Position numbers and translations under genes: made by a program. The notes below the pieces were generated by a model that was not told the DNA's origin, did no database searches, and saw only the letters and a program-made list of their open reading frames with translations. A DNA stretch of 61,575 nt, counting the filler, from Asterionella formosa (lineage: Eukaryota), in NCBI GenBank assembly GCA_002256025.1. It is 22 parts of 22 records of this genome, joined end to end, with 100 filler letters (N's around TTAATTAATTAA, not from the genome) between each part and the next. Parts side by side here need not be neighbours in the genome. Positions count along the whole stretch, not along the records: positions 1 to 2,712 come from NKIB01014917.1; positions 2,813 to 5,524 come from NKIB01014918.1; positions 5,625 to 8,335 come from NKIB01014919.1; positions 8,436 to 11,146 come from NKIB01014920.1; 18 more parts are not named here. One strand, written 5' to 3'. Position 1 is the stretch's first letter; each line of letters opens with the position of its first letter. Shown in pieces: positions 1 through 10,394 of the stretch.

Positions 1-2031
1 TGACATTCGAAGTCACCTTGTGTCCTTGTGCTTCAATAAATAATTTCGTCCACAACACCTTTGATATGATGTCATCGACACCAACCAATTCTGCTTCAGT
101 CGAACTTCTAGTGTTCACTTTCTGTTTCGTAGACATAGAACAGATAATTCCGTTTCCAAGTGACATTGTAGCTCCTGTGTGACTTTTAAAATCTTTGTGC
201 AGTGCAAACGCCGCATCAACGTACCATTTAATGCTCTGAGTGTCATCAGCACTCATAGATGCAACCTCGTCTTGAGTTGCTTTCAAGAAATTCATGATCT
301 TGACTAATTTTACCCAATCGCCTTCATTCGGTTTGGTAGTTCGGGTTGCCAGAAATGCAATTCCTGGTTGAATGTCCTGTCTTCCTCGCTTACATAGGAA
401 CATTCCTTTCATAACAAAAGTATGAAATAATCTTGCTTTTTCATATTCAAGCTTCTTTGATTTGGTATCAACTGTGAACAATTTATCAGTCCATGGGAAT
501 TTTCCAACACCTTCAAGTTTCACTGGAAAATCGTTAATCATTGATTTCACATATTTGGTCATGTCCACCCTCAACACTCCTGGAATAGAGTAATCTAGCG
601 TCATCGCCAAATAATCATGCTTCTTTCCACGCATGACCTTGACTTCACCAATTTCGTCAGAAGCGTATTTCTGTTTGAGCCATTCCAAAAATTGATCATT
701 AACTTTGCTGTTCACGTGACTTGATTTCAAATCGTCTACGTGCCAAGTAACTGTGTGCTGTTTGCCATTAACAATGCGATTTGCAACACATGGATCATAT
801 GGGTTTACCTTGAATCCAATTGACTCAATATCCTTCCGAAATTTCTTGTAGTATAATAATGATGACTATAACATGCCATATAATGCCTTGATCATCCTAA
901 CATATAGGACCTTGTTGTTACCTTCATAAACAACATAGTTTTCATAAGTCTCGGGGCTGAGTTCTGTCAACATATTGACAAGTAAACCTCTAATCTTCAT
1001 AATGATTCGCTCCCCTTTTTCTTTCTCATCGATATCCACTTGCACAAATGCATTTGGTATATCCACAGTCATAACGTCGCGATTTTGCTTCGCATCAATT
1101 GTTGCTGTTATCATAACAGATTCAGTCATGGTGGTTGGACTAGCTGCTTCATCTCTTTCCATGTATTCACGTTGCGAACTGCCATTGGCACATGCTCTGC
1201 CTTTAATGCTCTTATCTCTCTTTTCAACCAAAAAAATTAGACTTTCCATTGCACGTCGCTTTTCGATATCGGTTAGGTCTTCAATCCTAATCGGTTCAAA
1301 TACAACTCTATCATGTAGTTGTTTCATTTCCTTATAAGCAGCGTCTCTTCCTTTCTGGCCAAATTTCTTGAGGCCTTTCCTTAAGCTGTATGACTGAACA
1401 AAGTGAAATGCTTCTTTATCGACACACATCTCATTCATATAACACATTGTCTTTGCGATCACTTTCGCATTATCAGTCGTGTACTCTTCTTGACAGTGTG
1501 CTTGGGTATGCAAATAATTTTGGACCATAGTTAGTTTTGATGGTGGTCTTGAGACTCTTACAGACCTTGTAGTTCTAACATTTGGGTCTATGTCATCCTC
1601 AGTGCTTGGATTGACTTCTAACAATGCCTCTTCATTTTCAGTTTCATTTGCTGGCTCTTCATCCTCATCTTGGATATCATCTGCATTCATTTCGATATTA
1701 TTCTCATTGTTGCCCTCGTCAGGTTTAGGGTCATCCTCTTGAGTATCGTTTTTTAATTCGAGCTGTTCTGCTTCATATATTTCATCCGGAGTCATTTCGT
1801 CATAGTCTTCTTCTCCGAGAATTTCATCATTGCTTTCGTTATCACTAGCGTCTTGATCTTCATAATCTTCATCTTGTGCATCTTCAAATGCTTTGTTATC
1901 ATAATCCAGGCACTATCGTAAAATAGTTGTCCTGTTCGATTTGATATCTTGAGACCATCTGGCATATTTTCCTGCACAGCAAGGGCGTGTACTTGATTCA
2001 TGATTGCTGGGGTAAGTGGTAGAGGAGTACA
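1..2031 (-). mobile_element. Ty1/copia (CoDi-like) LTR retrotransposon pol fragment: IN-RT spacer, reverse transcriptase and start of RNase H; inactivated
   Basis: Minus-strand translation gives copia RT motifs (IKGRACANGS, DIPNAFVQ, KALYGML, WHVDDLK) and RNase H (WYVDAAFA, STEAELVG). In-frame TAG at 866-868 where the contig-9 copy has CAG; frameshift near 1900. Homology stops abruptly at 2031. Confidence 0.93.
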
Positions 2032-2712
2032 TCTAAGACGCCGTTTACGGCACTTTTTCGAATTTATGTGTAAAGTGACGTATTTATGCTACTTTTTTAA
2101 AATATTATGTTACTTTTCTAAAATATTATGTTACTTTTTTGAAATATTATGCTACTTTTTCCCTAATTTATTCGGGTTAAACAAAAATTTATTTCACTTA
2201 TCGAATAATTATGTGATCACACCAATAATTATGTGTGTTCGTGACAATATATGTTGACCAACTAGCCATCGCAACAGTTTAAAAGCGAAATTATGCTGCT
2301 CTGCCGCAATATTATGCTGCTTTCACCATATAATGAACGAAAGAGTCGCCAATTCCGATTCACTTATTATTTTTTCCGCTCCGACATATTTCTTTGATCT
2401 GAACTGGCAAAGAATAACACATGCAAGAGGACGATTCACACTGTAGAATTCAGCACATGTAGTAGTAGTTGATGTTGTAGACACATAATTAAGTCATTGT
2501 TGATTGTAGAGATTACAATAGCCTGCCAGATTGGAAATAAAGCACCGTTGGTACTTGTTGAGCATCGTTGAGCATTGCATGTCTCCGTAGTGAATCGAAA
2601 TTGAGATGTGCCACAATGGCCTTCTCCGTCTCGGAGCAGCTACAAATAGTCTACAGCGATAACTCTAGCAAGTACAATATAGAAAAAGAACCAGAGGATG
2701 AGTAGCTGACAA
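2032..2712 (+). mobile_element. Unclassified element end (Helitron-like A|TC start) abutting the copia pol
   Basis: Begins TCTAAG-N8-TACGNCACTTTT(T)CGAA. The same motif also cuts off the copia copy at 24366. Followed by subterminal tandem repeats. Right boundary unknown. Confidence 0.4.
2081..2160. repeat. Tandem repeat, about 4 copies of a 21-22 bp unit (AAATATTATGYTACTTTT)
   Basis: Directly visible; related TTATGCTGCT motifs recur at about 2290-2320. Confidence 0.85.
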
Positions 2713-2812
2713 NNNNNNNNNNNNNNNNNNNNNNNNNNNNNNNNNNNNNNNNNNNNTTAATTAATTAANNNNNNNNNNNNNNNNNNNNNNNNNNNNNNNN
2801 NNNNNNNNNNNN
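2713..2812. other. Artificial contig spacer N44-TTAATTAATTAA-N44 (first of 21)
   Basis: Identical 100-bp spacers start at 2713, 5525, 8336, 11147, 13955, 16762, 19568, 22373, 25178, 27981, 30784, 33586, 36388, 39190, 41991, 44791, 47591, 50391, 53189, 55986 and 58780. TTAATTAATTAA places stops in all six frames. Confidence 0.99.
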
Positions 2813-3150
2813 AAAGGTGAACCGATGATGCCAGATGCTGAGTTTGACGCATTGAAGACGGAGCTCAAGGAAACTGGATCGAAGTTTGCAGTCTCAACAT
2901 CTCCAAAATGCTAGATCGACACTGGAATTTGCACTGTCACATTGAAAGAAGACCAATTCAGATCAAATCTTCTCTACCTTCCCGCCATTATTGTTCTCAC
3001 AAGTGTTTGGCTTGGTATTGGTTTCGAACTCTTGTCGACTGTGTTGAGAATCAACCCGTTGTTCTTCCTCCTCATTGGCACTCCGTTCCTCTACACCGGA
3101 TCTAAATTTATTACAGAGGAGCTTCTCTTCCCTGGTAAATTCATTGCTTT
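2813..3150 (+). pseudogene. PGRL1: PGRL1 (PGR5-like 1) gene fragment with an in-frame stop, truncated before the C-terminal CxxC region
   Basis: Frame from 2813: KGEPMMPDAEFDALKTELKETGSKFAVSTSPKC*IDTGICTVTLKEDQFRSNLLYLPA, then two hydrophobic helices, resembling PGRL1 (GKPIMSDEEFDKLK...L). TAG at 2912-2914; similarity ends at GKFIAF. Confidence 0.75.
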
Positions 3151-3315
3151 CTCCAGTGATTTCGCCTATTGATCGACCAACACTTGCTACACTTCCTCCT
3201 GATGCACCCCCAGTTTCTTCTGCATCTCCAGTCGCTTCTCCTAGCCTAATCACAGAGGGTCCTATTACATCTGTTTCTCCAGTGATTTCGCCGATTGATC
3301 GACCAACACTTGCTA
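3148..3315 (+). repeat. 42-bp direct repeat (3148-3189, 3274-3315; one mismatch; period 126 bp) in a Ser/Pro-rich frame
   Basis: TTTCTCCAGTGATTTCGCC(T/G)ATTGATCGACCAACACTTGCTA occurs twice, encoding SPVISPIDRPTLA twice. Confidence 0.9.
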
Positions 3316-3343
3316 TCCACTGTATAATACTATCATATTAGCT

Positions 3344-3438
3344 AACTGTTGACTTTAACTGTATACATTAAACGACAAACACATATATTAATTAACATAC
3401 TTTATGATTGCTTGATTAATTTTCTATGATGTCTTGGT
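3344..3438. repeat. AT-rich dispersed repeat, inverted copy at about 56728-56821
   Basis: AACTGTTGACTTTAACTGTATACATTAAA...TTTTCTATGATGTCTTGGTA is the reverse complement of the contig-21 segment. Confidence 0.8.
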
Positions 3439-3880
3439 AGTAGCGAAGTCACTCCGCCTGTATTGTACTAAAGTCGACAGTGCACATGCCGGTACTCACA
3501 CGCTAATCGAGGTTGGACCACAGGGAGCCAGCCTTTTTTTCGTAGATGTGGTGGGGATCGCTCATCACGAGGGATTGTACGAACAAGCGCGCAATAAGAC
3601 AAGCGTTAGATGCGATATTTAAAAAAGCATCAAGATTTCGCATGTGGATGGTTTGTTTGTACTTTACATTTTATAGGTTTATTTATTTATTTCATGAACA
3701 TAAGTGCAAAAGTGTACCGGAAATAATATTCTCATTATTATTACCGGTATTATTAGACTACTGATCACGATGATTTGTGAAGATTCATTTGAACAGATCG
3801 CCCACCATGACGGCACTGTTTTTCTTGCATCGGCACTAAAATACACATGTCATAGAGCAAGAATGACGACGCAAAGGAAG

Positions 3881-4058
3881 GTACCGGTACTAGTACTGGT
3901 ACCTGGTACCAGGTACCAGAACCGGTATGTATATCGCTCCACACAAATTCAGTTACCGGTACCTGGTACCTGGTACCAGGTACCAGGTACCGCGGGTAGG
4001 CTGATACCATGTTCCTGGCATCAGGTACCTGGTACCTGGTACCGGTACCAGGTACCTG
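3881..4058. repeat. (GGTACCW)n palindromic microsatellite cluster
   Basis: Perfect palindromes at 3896-3919 (24 bp), 3957-3992 (36 bp) and 4031-4056 (26 bp). Confidence 0.95.
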
Positions 4059-4410
4059 GCATAGAATATGATGGTCTATGTGTCAATAAATAAATACCGT
4101 ATCCTGTCAATATGTACCGGTGAACGGTAGAAAGATGTACCGGTATGTATATGGCTGGTTGCAACCTGAAGATCAATATAGTAGGATACGTAGGCCTCAG
4201 TATAGATTTTCTTTTTCATTTGCATCTAATAATTAAGAGTAAAAATCGTGACACATACAAAAATTGATGCAAATTCTTTGATATATATATACCGTATACT
4301 GCCCTCCGCTCATTTCCCCTCAAAAGGTATGTAACATCGATCTGTTGTCGTCCTTCATGTTTGTTGATTTTGCTGCTTGCTTCTTGTTTGCTTCGTTGCT
4401 CTGTTGTTTG

Positions 4411-5524
4411 CTATGTTAGATCGTTGACATAGGTTGCCTTGCAGAACGTTGTGTCGAAATCGCGAGCACAGCGGTGTGTTTTGAATTGTTTGACAAGCTT
4501 CTCAACACTGATGGGGTCCGCTTCATGTGTTGTTGTGTTAACTTCGGCGTCCATCCTGTCATGTTGTTGTTCGTCCAGATCTTTCCAAATCTTGAAGTAT
4601 GCACATATATATTGTCTTGCTCGCCTTGAAAAATGTCTTATCCTTTTTGTTGTTAACACTTTTTCTGTTGACATGCTCTCTCACACCACAGACCTGAATT
4701 CTCTTTACCCTTTTCCTCTTCAGAGAAACCCGACGGTAAAAATTTTCTTGGCGCAACTCCAAGAATACTCGATTCCCTCTCCTGCAAGTTCACAGTGACA
4801 TTTCGGCGTTCGGTCAACAAGTACTCCCATTTCCTTTCCCATTGACTGCAATAGTGTCTCCTCTTCCTCGAAATCAAGACAGTTTCCCTTCAGCGACTTC
4901 AAAGAAAAATCTTTCTGCACAAATCCAAATGCATCGTGCTTTCCATTCAACATGTAGTTCTCCAATCTCAATTCGTCAATAAATCCACGCTCCCAAAGTA
5001 TCCGCAACAGACCGTTTGGTTTATTTTCCCATCCTTCGACAACTTTTGCTTTAGTCTCTTCAATTCTTGGTAAGTTGTGTTCTTGCGCCTTAGACTGTAT
5101 TGCTTGCTTCTTACCCTTTGCTAACATTCCTCTTTGCCTTAGTTGTTTAAGGAGCTCATCCTTTGTGTATTGTCTTGTGATTGTTTGCCCTTCCAGTACC
5201 AAGTCATGGCGCTTTTGATCTCGTTCAGCTTCAGTCATCCAGAATGGTCCGGTGTCATCTATTCTGAATAACATTGATTGCATTGATTGCGTTTTTTTCA
5301 GCTAAGGTAAGTGAGGTCCCAGGTAACCAGGTGTTTGCCATTTTCCTCAACCGTTTCTGGGCACCTCCATAGGACTTAGTCATTCATTCCACATTTAAGC
5401 CATCTTCTTTCTGACGGTCGTGCCCACAGGAGTGATCAAAAAGAAACAAGAAATCGAATTGAGGGTAGAGTACTTTGAGAACATCAATGCAATCTTCGAG
5501 CTGCAATACCATGTGTTGATAGGA
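4411..5524 (-). pseudogene. Degraded DDE transposase of the IS630-Tc1-mariner type with a long insert between the second D and the E
   Basis: From contig end: QHMVLQLEDCIDVLKVLYPQFDFLFLFDHSCGHDRQKEDGLN, then GWENKPNGLLRILWERG, TPKCHCELAGEGIEYSW and RHFSRRARQYICAY. One TGA near 5385; frameshifts near 5300 and 4740. Confidence 0.7.
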
Positions 5525-5624
5525 NNNNNNNNNNNNNNNNNNNNNNNNNNNNNNNNNNNNNNNNNNNNTTAATTAATTAANNNNNNNNNNNNNNNNNNNN
5601 NNNNNNNNNNNNNNNNNNNNNNNN

Positions 5625-5889
5625 ACAAAGTAGTCACAGTCCCTACCTCAACACTTCCAACAATGGGTTCGCCTTCTGTGTAGTTCGCTGCCACTTTGAT
5701 TCCACTGTCCTGCTCTGAATCTCTCAAGTTGAGTGGTTTGTGTCTGCCATAGGTGTCAAGTCTGGAACGTGTTTCTTTAACAGTAAGGAACCTCACCGGT
5801 TTAGGAGCTGTGAAACAGTTCACATACCCTTGAGAGCAGAAAAAGAGAGCCAATACAAGAAATTTGGTTTTTGAAGATTGTGATTCCAT
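5625..5889 (-). CDS. 5' part of a probable plastid-targeted protein, function unknown
   Basis: ATG at 5889; hydrophobic signal FLVLALFFCSQGYVNC then F-T-A-P (ASAFAP-like) and a basic transit-like segment; open to the contig end. Confidence 0.6.
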
Positions 5890-6246
5890 GTCTGGAAACT
5901 GTCACTGATCAGGGGTTTGCGCTGCAAATAATTCAGCAGTCTACCGGTAGTCCTCAAGAAGTTTGAGCCAATCTACTCTCGAGTTAGTTTTCGGTACAAG
6001 CTAAATCTAGAGCGATAAGAAGTTGATGCACAGCAGAACAAATGATGCACACGTTGATCATCGTCAGCAACAGCCAAGCAAAAAACAATAGAAGTGACAT
6101 ACCAAGGTAGACGGTGAGTGAGGGAGATGACGCAAGAAAACCGAGGACGAGCGTTTCATATGCATACCGGGTAGTACCTGGTACCAGTGTATGTGTATAT
6201 AAGTATGTGTGTGTGTATTTATCTTTGTATTATTAATCCTGTATTT

Positions 6247-6392
6247 CAACCCTAAGGCAAAAATTAAAATATTGATTACTGTAGGGTTGCCGAATTTCCC
6301 TGGGACTATATACCGGTAGGAATTTTAATGAGCTATTTTTGCATGACATTGATTCCAGTTGAAATATTTAAATCAGTGGAAATTTGCGCATA
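6247..6392. repeat. Dispersed repeat terminus shared (inverted) with 31130-31270
   Basis: GGCAAAAATTAAAA...TAGGGTTGCCGAATTTCC...GAGCTA...GAAATT aligns by eye with the reverse complement of the contig-12 segment. Confidence 0.7.
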
Positions 6393-6769
6393 AATACATA
6401 TATTCCTTTTCAAATTCTCTAACAAATATATGTATGTATAAATATTTATTTATATACATTCTTCATATAAATACTGTGTGATGATGTGATCAACATATAT
6501 ATGTGATACAAGCTGGCAGAATGACGGCAAAATTTTGTTGATGAATAGAAACAAAAAGCCTCAACAATCAACCATGAGAGAAATTACACATCACAACCAC
6601 CCGTGAAATGCATGAGTTGAAGCAAGGTTGACTGCTTCCTGGTACCACTGTCCCTGAAAGATGAGAAATTTAAGTGATCCATATGCGAGGTCAGACCGAC
6701 TTTTTGTAGAATGATGTACTGGTCTCATAATGATAGGCGGAGTGAAATCCGGTAATCCTACTATTCCAT

Positions 6770-6872
6770 AAAAATAATAATAGAAAATAGTTTTTGTGGA
6801 CACAACAATCGAGTAAAATAAAACACGGTTTGAAAGTAAAAAAACACATGTGTATGGATTAAAAAATATGTA
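6770..6872. repeat. Dispersed AT-rich repeat shared with 27115-27210 and 44918-45015
   Basis: Common core GAGTAAAA...ACACGGTTTG...AAAAATATG(C/T)ACT. Confidence 0.65.
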
Positions 6873-7950
6873 CTACAGTAGGACCTGGTATGGTGGAGGT
6901 ACCCCCGTACTGTATGATATGGCAATCATGTGTCGATGCCCCGGCCAGCAGAGCGAAGGAGTGAGTGAATGTCACCAGCACGCACGGACGCCGAGCAAGC
7001 AAGCCAAGGCGTTCGTGTGCGCGCAAGCCGCACCTAGGAAGGGAATTCGGGGAAAATGGAGTCGCAATGTTTTACCTACAATAGTATGTCCATCCCGGGA
7101 ATCAATATAAACCGGTAAATGTGTATTGTAAATACACGACGAATATATCAATGTATAACGACGCCGGGCAGTAAATATGTACGAGCCATTCCAGTTGGTA
7201 TGTTTTCTAGATTTATTCTGATCGATACATATGTTTAGTTCGGGTACCTGGTACCTGGTACCTGGTACCCTGGTAACCAGGTAACGGTAGTAGGGTCTGC
7301 CATCATGGTGATAGTAAGAATGAAATTGTGTTGTTGTCGTGCTCGCTGGCTGCAGATCATATCATGATTTTTGATGGACATGCCTGTGCTTTAAAAGTTG
7401 CAACCAATTGAATTACCGGTACACTAGAAACGAGTAAGTAGTATCACTTAGAAACCGGTAACAGGTACGTACAATACAGTATCGTTCTTTGAGAGTTGGT
7501 AATAAATGACCACTCCAAAAATACCGGTAACAATAGTTCGATTACCCGGTGCTGTATTACTAAAAGTGATTCCTATAAAAGCATGACGAATATATAATCC
7601 GTTGTGAATTATATGCTGCATGCAGGCAGAACTGCCTGTATAATAATAGAGACAAATATTAGCATACCGGTATCAGAAGACTTACCGGTACTGCGAGCTA
7701 GTGCACCAGTATACAGGTAGTAACTCGATAATTTATACCAAAGTCATTGAACCATTCCCATTACCGTCGCAATCAAAATCCAACAAAACAATCTGGTACA
7801 TTATTACCTAGTAGACGATATCCAGAGTCTACAGTCTACCGCACTGTAGAGTTCCCTGTGGTAGTGCAATTAGGAAGTATTGTGAAGTAGCAAAGCCAAC
7901 TAGGTTGCGTGTCAATCAATCTCTGTCTCGCTCAAGTACCTTCCATCGCA

Positions 7951-8335
7951 ATGGCGTCCGCGGATGGCAACAACCATTCTCGGTCAAGTTTTGACTTTAT
8001 GATGCAGACCGCAGAGGCTTCCGCGGCGAAGGCTCAAGACGTGCTCAAAGCATTCAAGCTCGAAATCCCCTCCATGACGACCTCCGTCAGCGAGTCGCCG
8101 TCGCCCACGAACCTGGACAGTGCCGGATTAGAAGGAGCCAAGACTCGGAGGTCCACCATTATGAAGAATAAACGACAGTATCGATATAAAGAAATAATCA
8201 GCAATGGGGACGAATTTGAAGATTGCGCTCCCACCGTTGCCACTTCCACGACTTTGTCCACACCGACCAACGCTTCGGAGACTGCCAAAACAGGAACCGC
8301 AGAGCCAGCAACGGAGAAGAAACTTGACAAGTATG
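7951..8335 (+). CDS. 5' part of a hypothetical protein with a Ser/Thr-rich N-terminus
   Basis: ATG at 7951, GC-richer coding-like sequence open to the contig end; no domain recognised. Confidence 0.55.
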
Positions 8336-8435
8336 NNNNNNNNNNNNNNNNNNNNNNNNNNNNNNNNNNNNNNNNNNNNTTAATTAATTAANNNNNNNNN
8401 NNNNNNNNNNNNNNNNNNNNNNNNNNNNNNNNNNN

Positions 8436-8550
8436 GAATGCCGGCGCCGCCTCCTGAATCCGAGCCAGCAATGGAATAGACAACGGGAGGTGGAGGCGTC
8501 ATGCTGGAAACGCAGGAACTTGTAGTCACCAATAGGAGGAAGCGAAGCAT
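8436..8550 (-). CDS. thiD: 5' end of a hydroxymethylpyrimidine(-phosphate) kinase (ThiD domain; TH1/THI20-like thiamine biosynthesis enzyme)
   Basis: Not in the ORF track. MLRFLLLVTTSSCVSSMTPPPPVVYSIAGSDSGGGAGI; IAGSDSGGGAGI is the ThiD N-terminal signature. Confidence 0.85.
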
Positions 8551-9582
8551 GCGGAGCAAAAAAGTACCAGATACCCTGTAGCAGACGGAATACCGGTAAG
8601 CACAGTTGCTTGTTTGTCGGCACTTTTGATCGAGGTTTGAACTTCATACGCCACGGGGATAAAATTATGTGACGGCGAACGGCAAGGTATGAACAAAATT
8701 TACTATGATGTCACTAAATATGCGTCCAGACTGCGGTACCGCTATTTCGTACGGTACTTGGTACCAGGTAAGCATCTCATACGTACGTATGAACATATAG
8801 ATATCAAATATAAATACCGGAATAAAGAATACTATGCCGGTAGCAGGAACGTGGCAAGAAACTCGTTGCACTCCAAGGATTTCCTGGTCCAGCATCCTCT
8901 CATCATTGATGTGTAGACGTGTGGATAGTGTAAGTTACAACTATGCACGAATACATTCACACATGAAATAAACCTTAAAGCATGCTTTTATCGAAACATG
9001 AATCTAATGGAGGACACAGTAAGTTCATTGTGCAACTCTTAGGAGTTGCAGTTTGGGGATAAAACAACCATAGAGATGGTGAGCCAGGGCAAGGAGCCCA
9101 TTTGGGGTTCTCAGAGCATTGGAATCATGTGCAGAACAGTTTAGAGAAAGAGAGCAGCGAGGAGGGTCTATCAAGAAATGGAAAGCTAGTATGAAAAATT
9201 CATAGCCATGTTGGGAGATTTTTAATTGAAAATCTGGGAATTGGAAGGACCAAATATAATTGTAGCCTGATGAAACCATAATATGAGAGCAAGAGAGAGT
9301 GGGCCTTGGGAAACACAGAAAGTATAGATGGCAAATTGCTTGGTAATTTCTGTTACTTTGAATTGAGAAGACTGGCAGTCAATTGCCAGGATATACTTGT
9401 GTTATCAAAAGGACATGTGTATGTTAAATTGGTTTCGAATAATTTATTTAGATGCAATTAATTTAATTTGTGATTGAGAGTTCATTCTCACATGTAAGTA
9501 TCACATATAAAGGCATTTTTCAAGAAAGCCGATCCTCATGTAAAAAAGCGGTACTTCGGTACCTGGTACCATGCTGATCTTT

Positions 9583-10133
9583 ATTAAACCAACATCCAGC
9601 AGCGTAGATTCAATATAACGCATAAACACGAACCATGAGCATACATGTTGGCATACTCCTGATTTATATGTGTTTTGGCATTGAGCAAAATCATGTCTAC
9701 ATACAGCAATGTAGATATAGTATTAACAACGTTTAAAAATCATTTTTGTTTGTTTGAAATGGAACTCTGTCAATCTGGCACCGATTCCTATTTAAGGTTG
9801 CGGCCCCCGGCTTAACCCTACTAGTTTGGAGAAAATATCGCTAGGGTTGTAAAAACGGCGTGGAACAGGGAGTTTCCTACTATGAATTCCCATGATTTGA
9901 GTGTCCATTTAAATTTTTGAATTAAATAGGAATCGGCGCCAGATTGACAGAGTTCCATGTCAAACAAACAAAAATCATTTTCAAACGTTAATGCTATGTC
10001 TACATTACTGGATGTAGAAATGATTCTGCTCAAGTCCAAAACACACATATAAATCAGGAGTAGCCCAACATGTACGCTCATGGTTCGTGTTTATACGTTA
10101 TATTGAATCTACGCTGCTGTATGTAGGTTCAAT
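9583..10133. repeat. Long imperfect inverted repeat (arms about 9583-9795 and 9922-10133, 126-bp spacer)
   Basis: For example CAGCAGCGTAGATTCAATATAACG / CGTTATATTGAATCTACGCTGCTG and GGAACTCTGTCAATCTGGC / GCCAGATTGACAGAGTTCC. Confidence 0.92.
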
Positions 10134-10394
10134 TTAAATCATGACGATAGAAGACAGGATGAAACTAGTACCGGTGTAACGGCACTGATTTTGCCTGCTA
10201 GTATGGTACGTCTAATACGTGTGGTTCAAGTGTGGCTGGCGTGATTTTACAAGAACGGAGTACCGGTACTTCAGCCAATCTGGAACCACGTGAGTAAAAT
10301 CAATTCAACCAATCAGAGTATGTGTAGTGACGCGGCAACGCACCCTGGAGTCTTGTCGGACTGAGAATTAACCAACAAAACATACCTACGCAAG

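Noticed and set aside
2081..2160. CRISPR-like appearance of short repeats (also 24387-24783 and 57626-57744)
   Set aside because: No unique spacers, no cas genes, eukaryotic context.
2757..2768. TTAATTAATTAA palindrome recurring about every 2.8 kb, and ORFs ending in X...LIN
   Set aside because: Assembly spacer, not biology; it also invalidates any apparent gene neighbourhood across contigs.
2912..2914. Alternative genetic code suggested by in-frame TAG/TGA stops
   Set aside because: Intact host genes end normally with TAA, TAG and TGA; other internal stops are in decayed sequences.
3704..4093. ORFs rich in YQVPGT/WYLVP peptides (also near 25731-26060 and 31258-31482)
   Set aside because: Translation by-products of the stop-free GGTACCW arrays.
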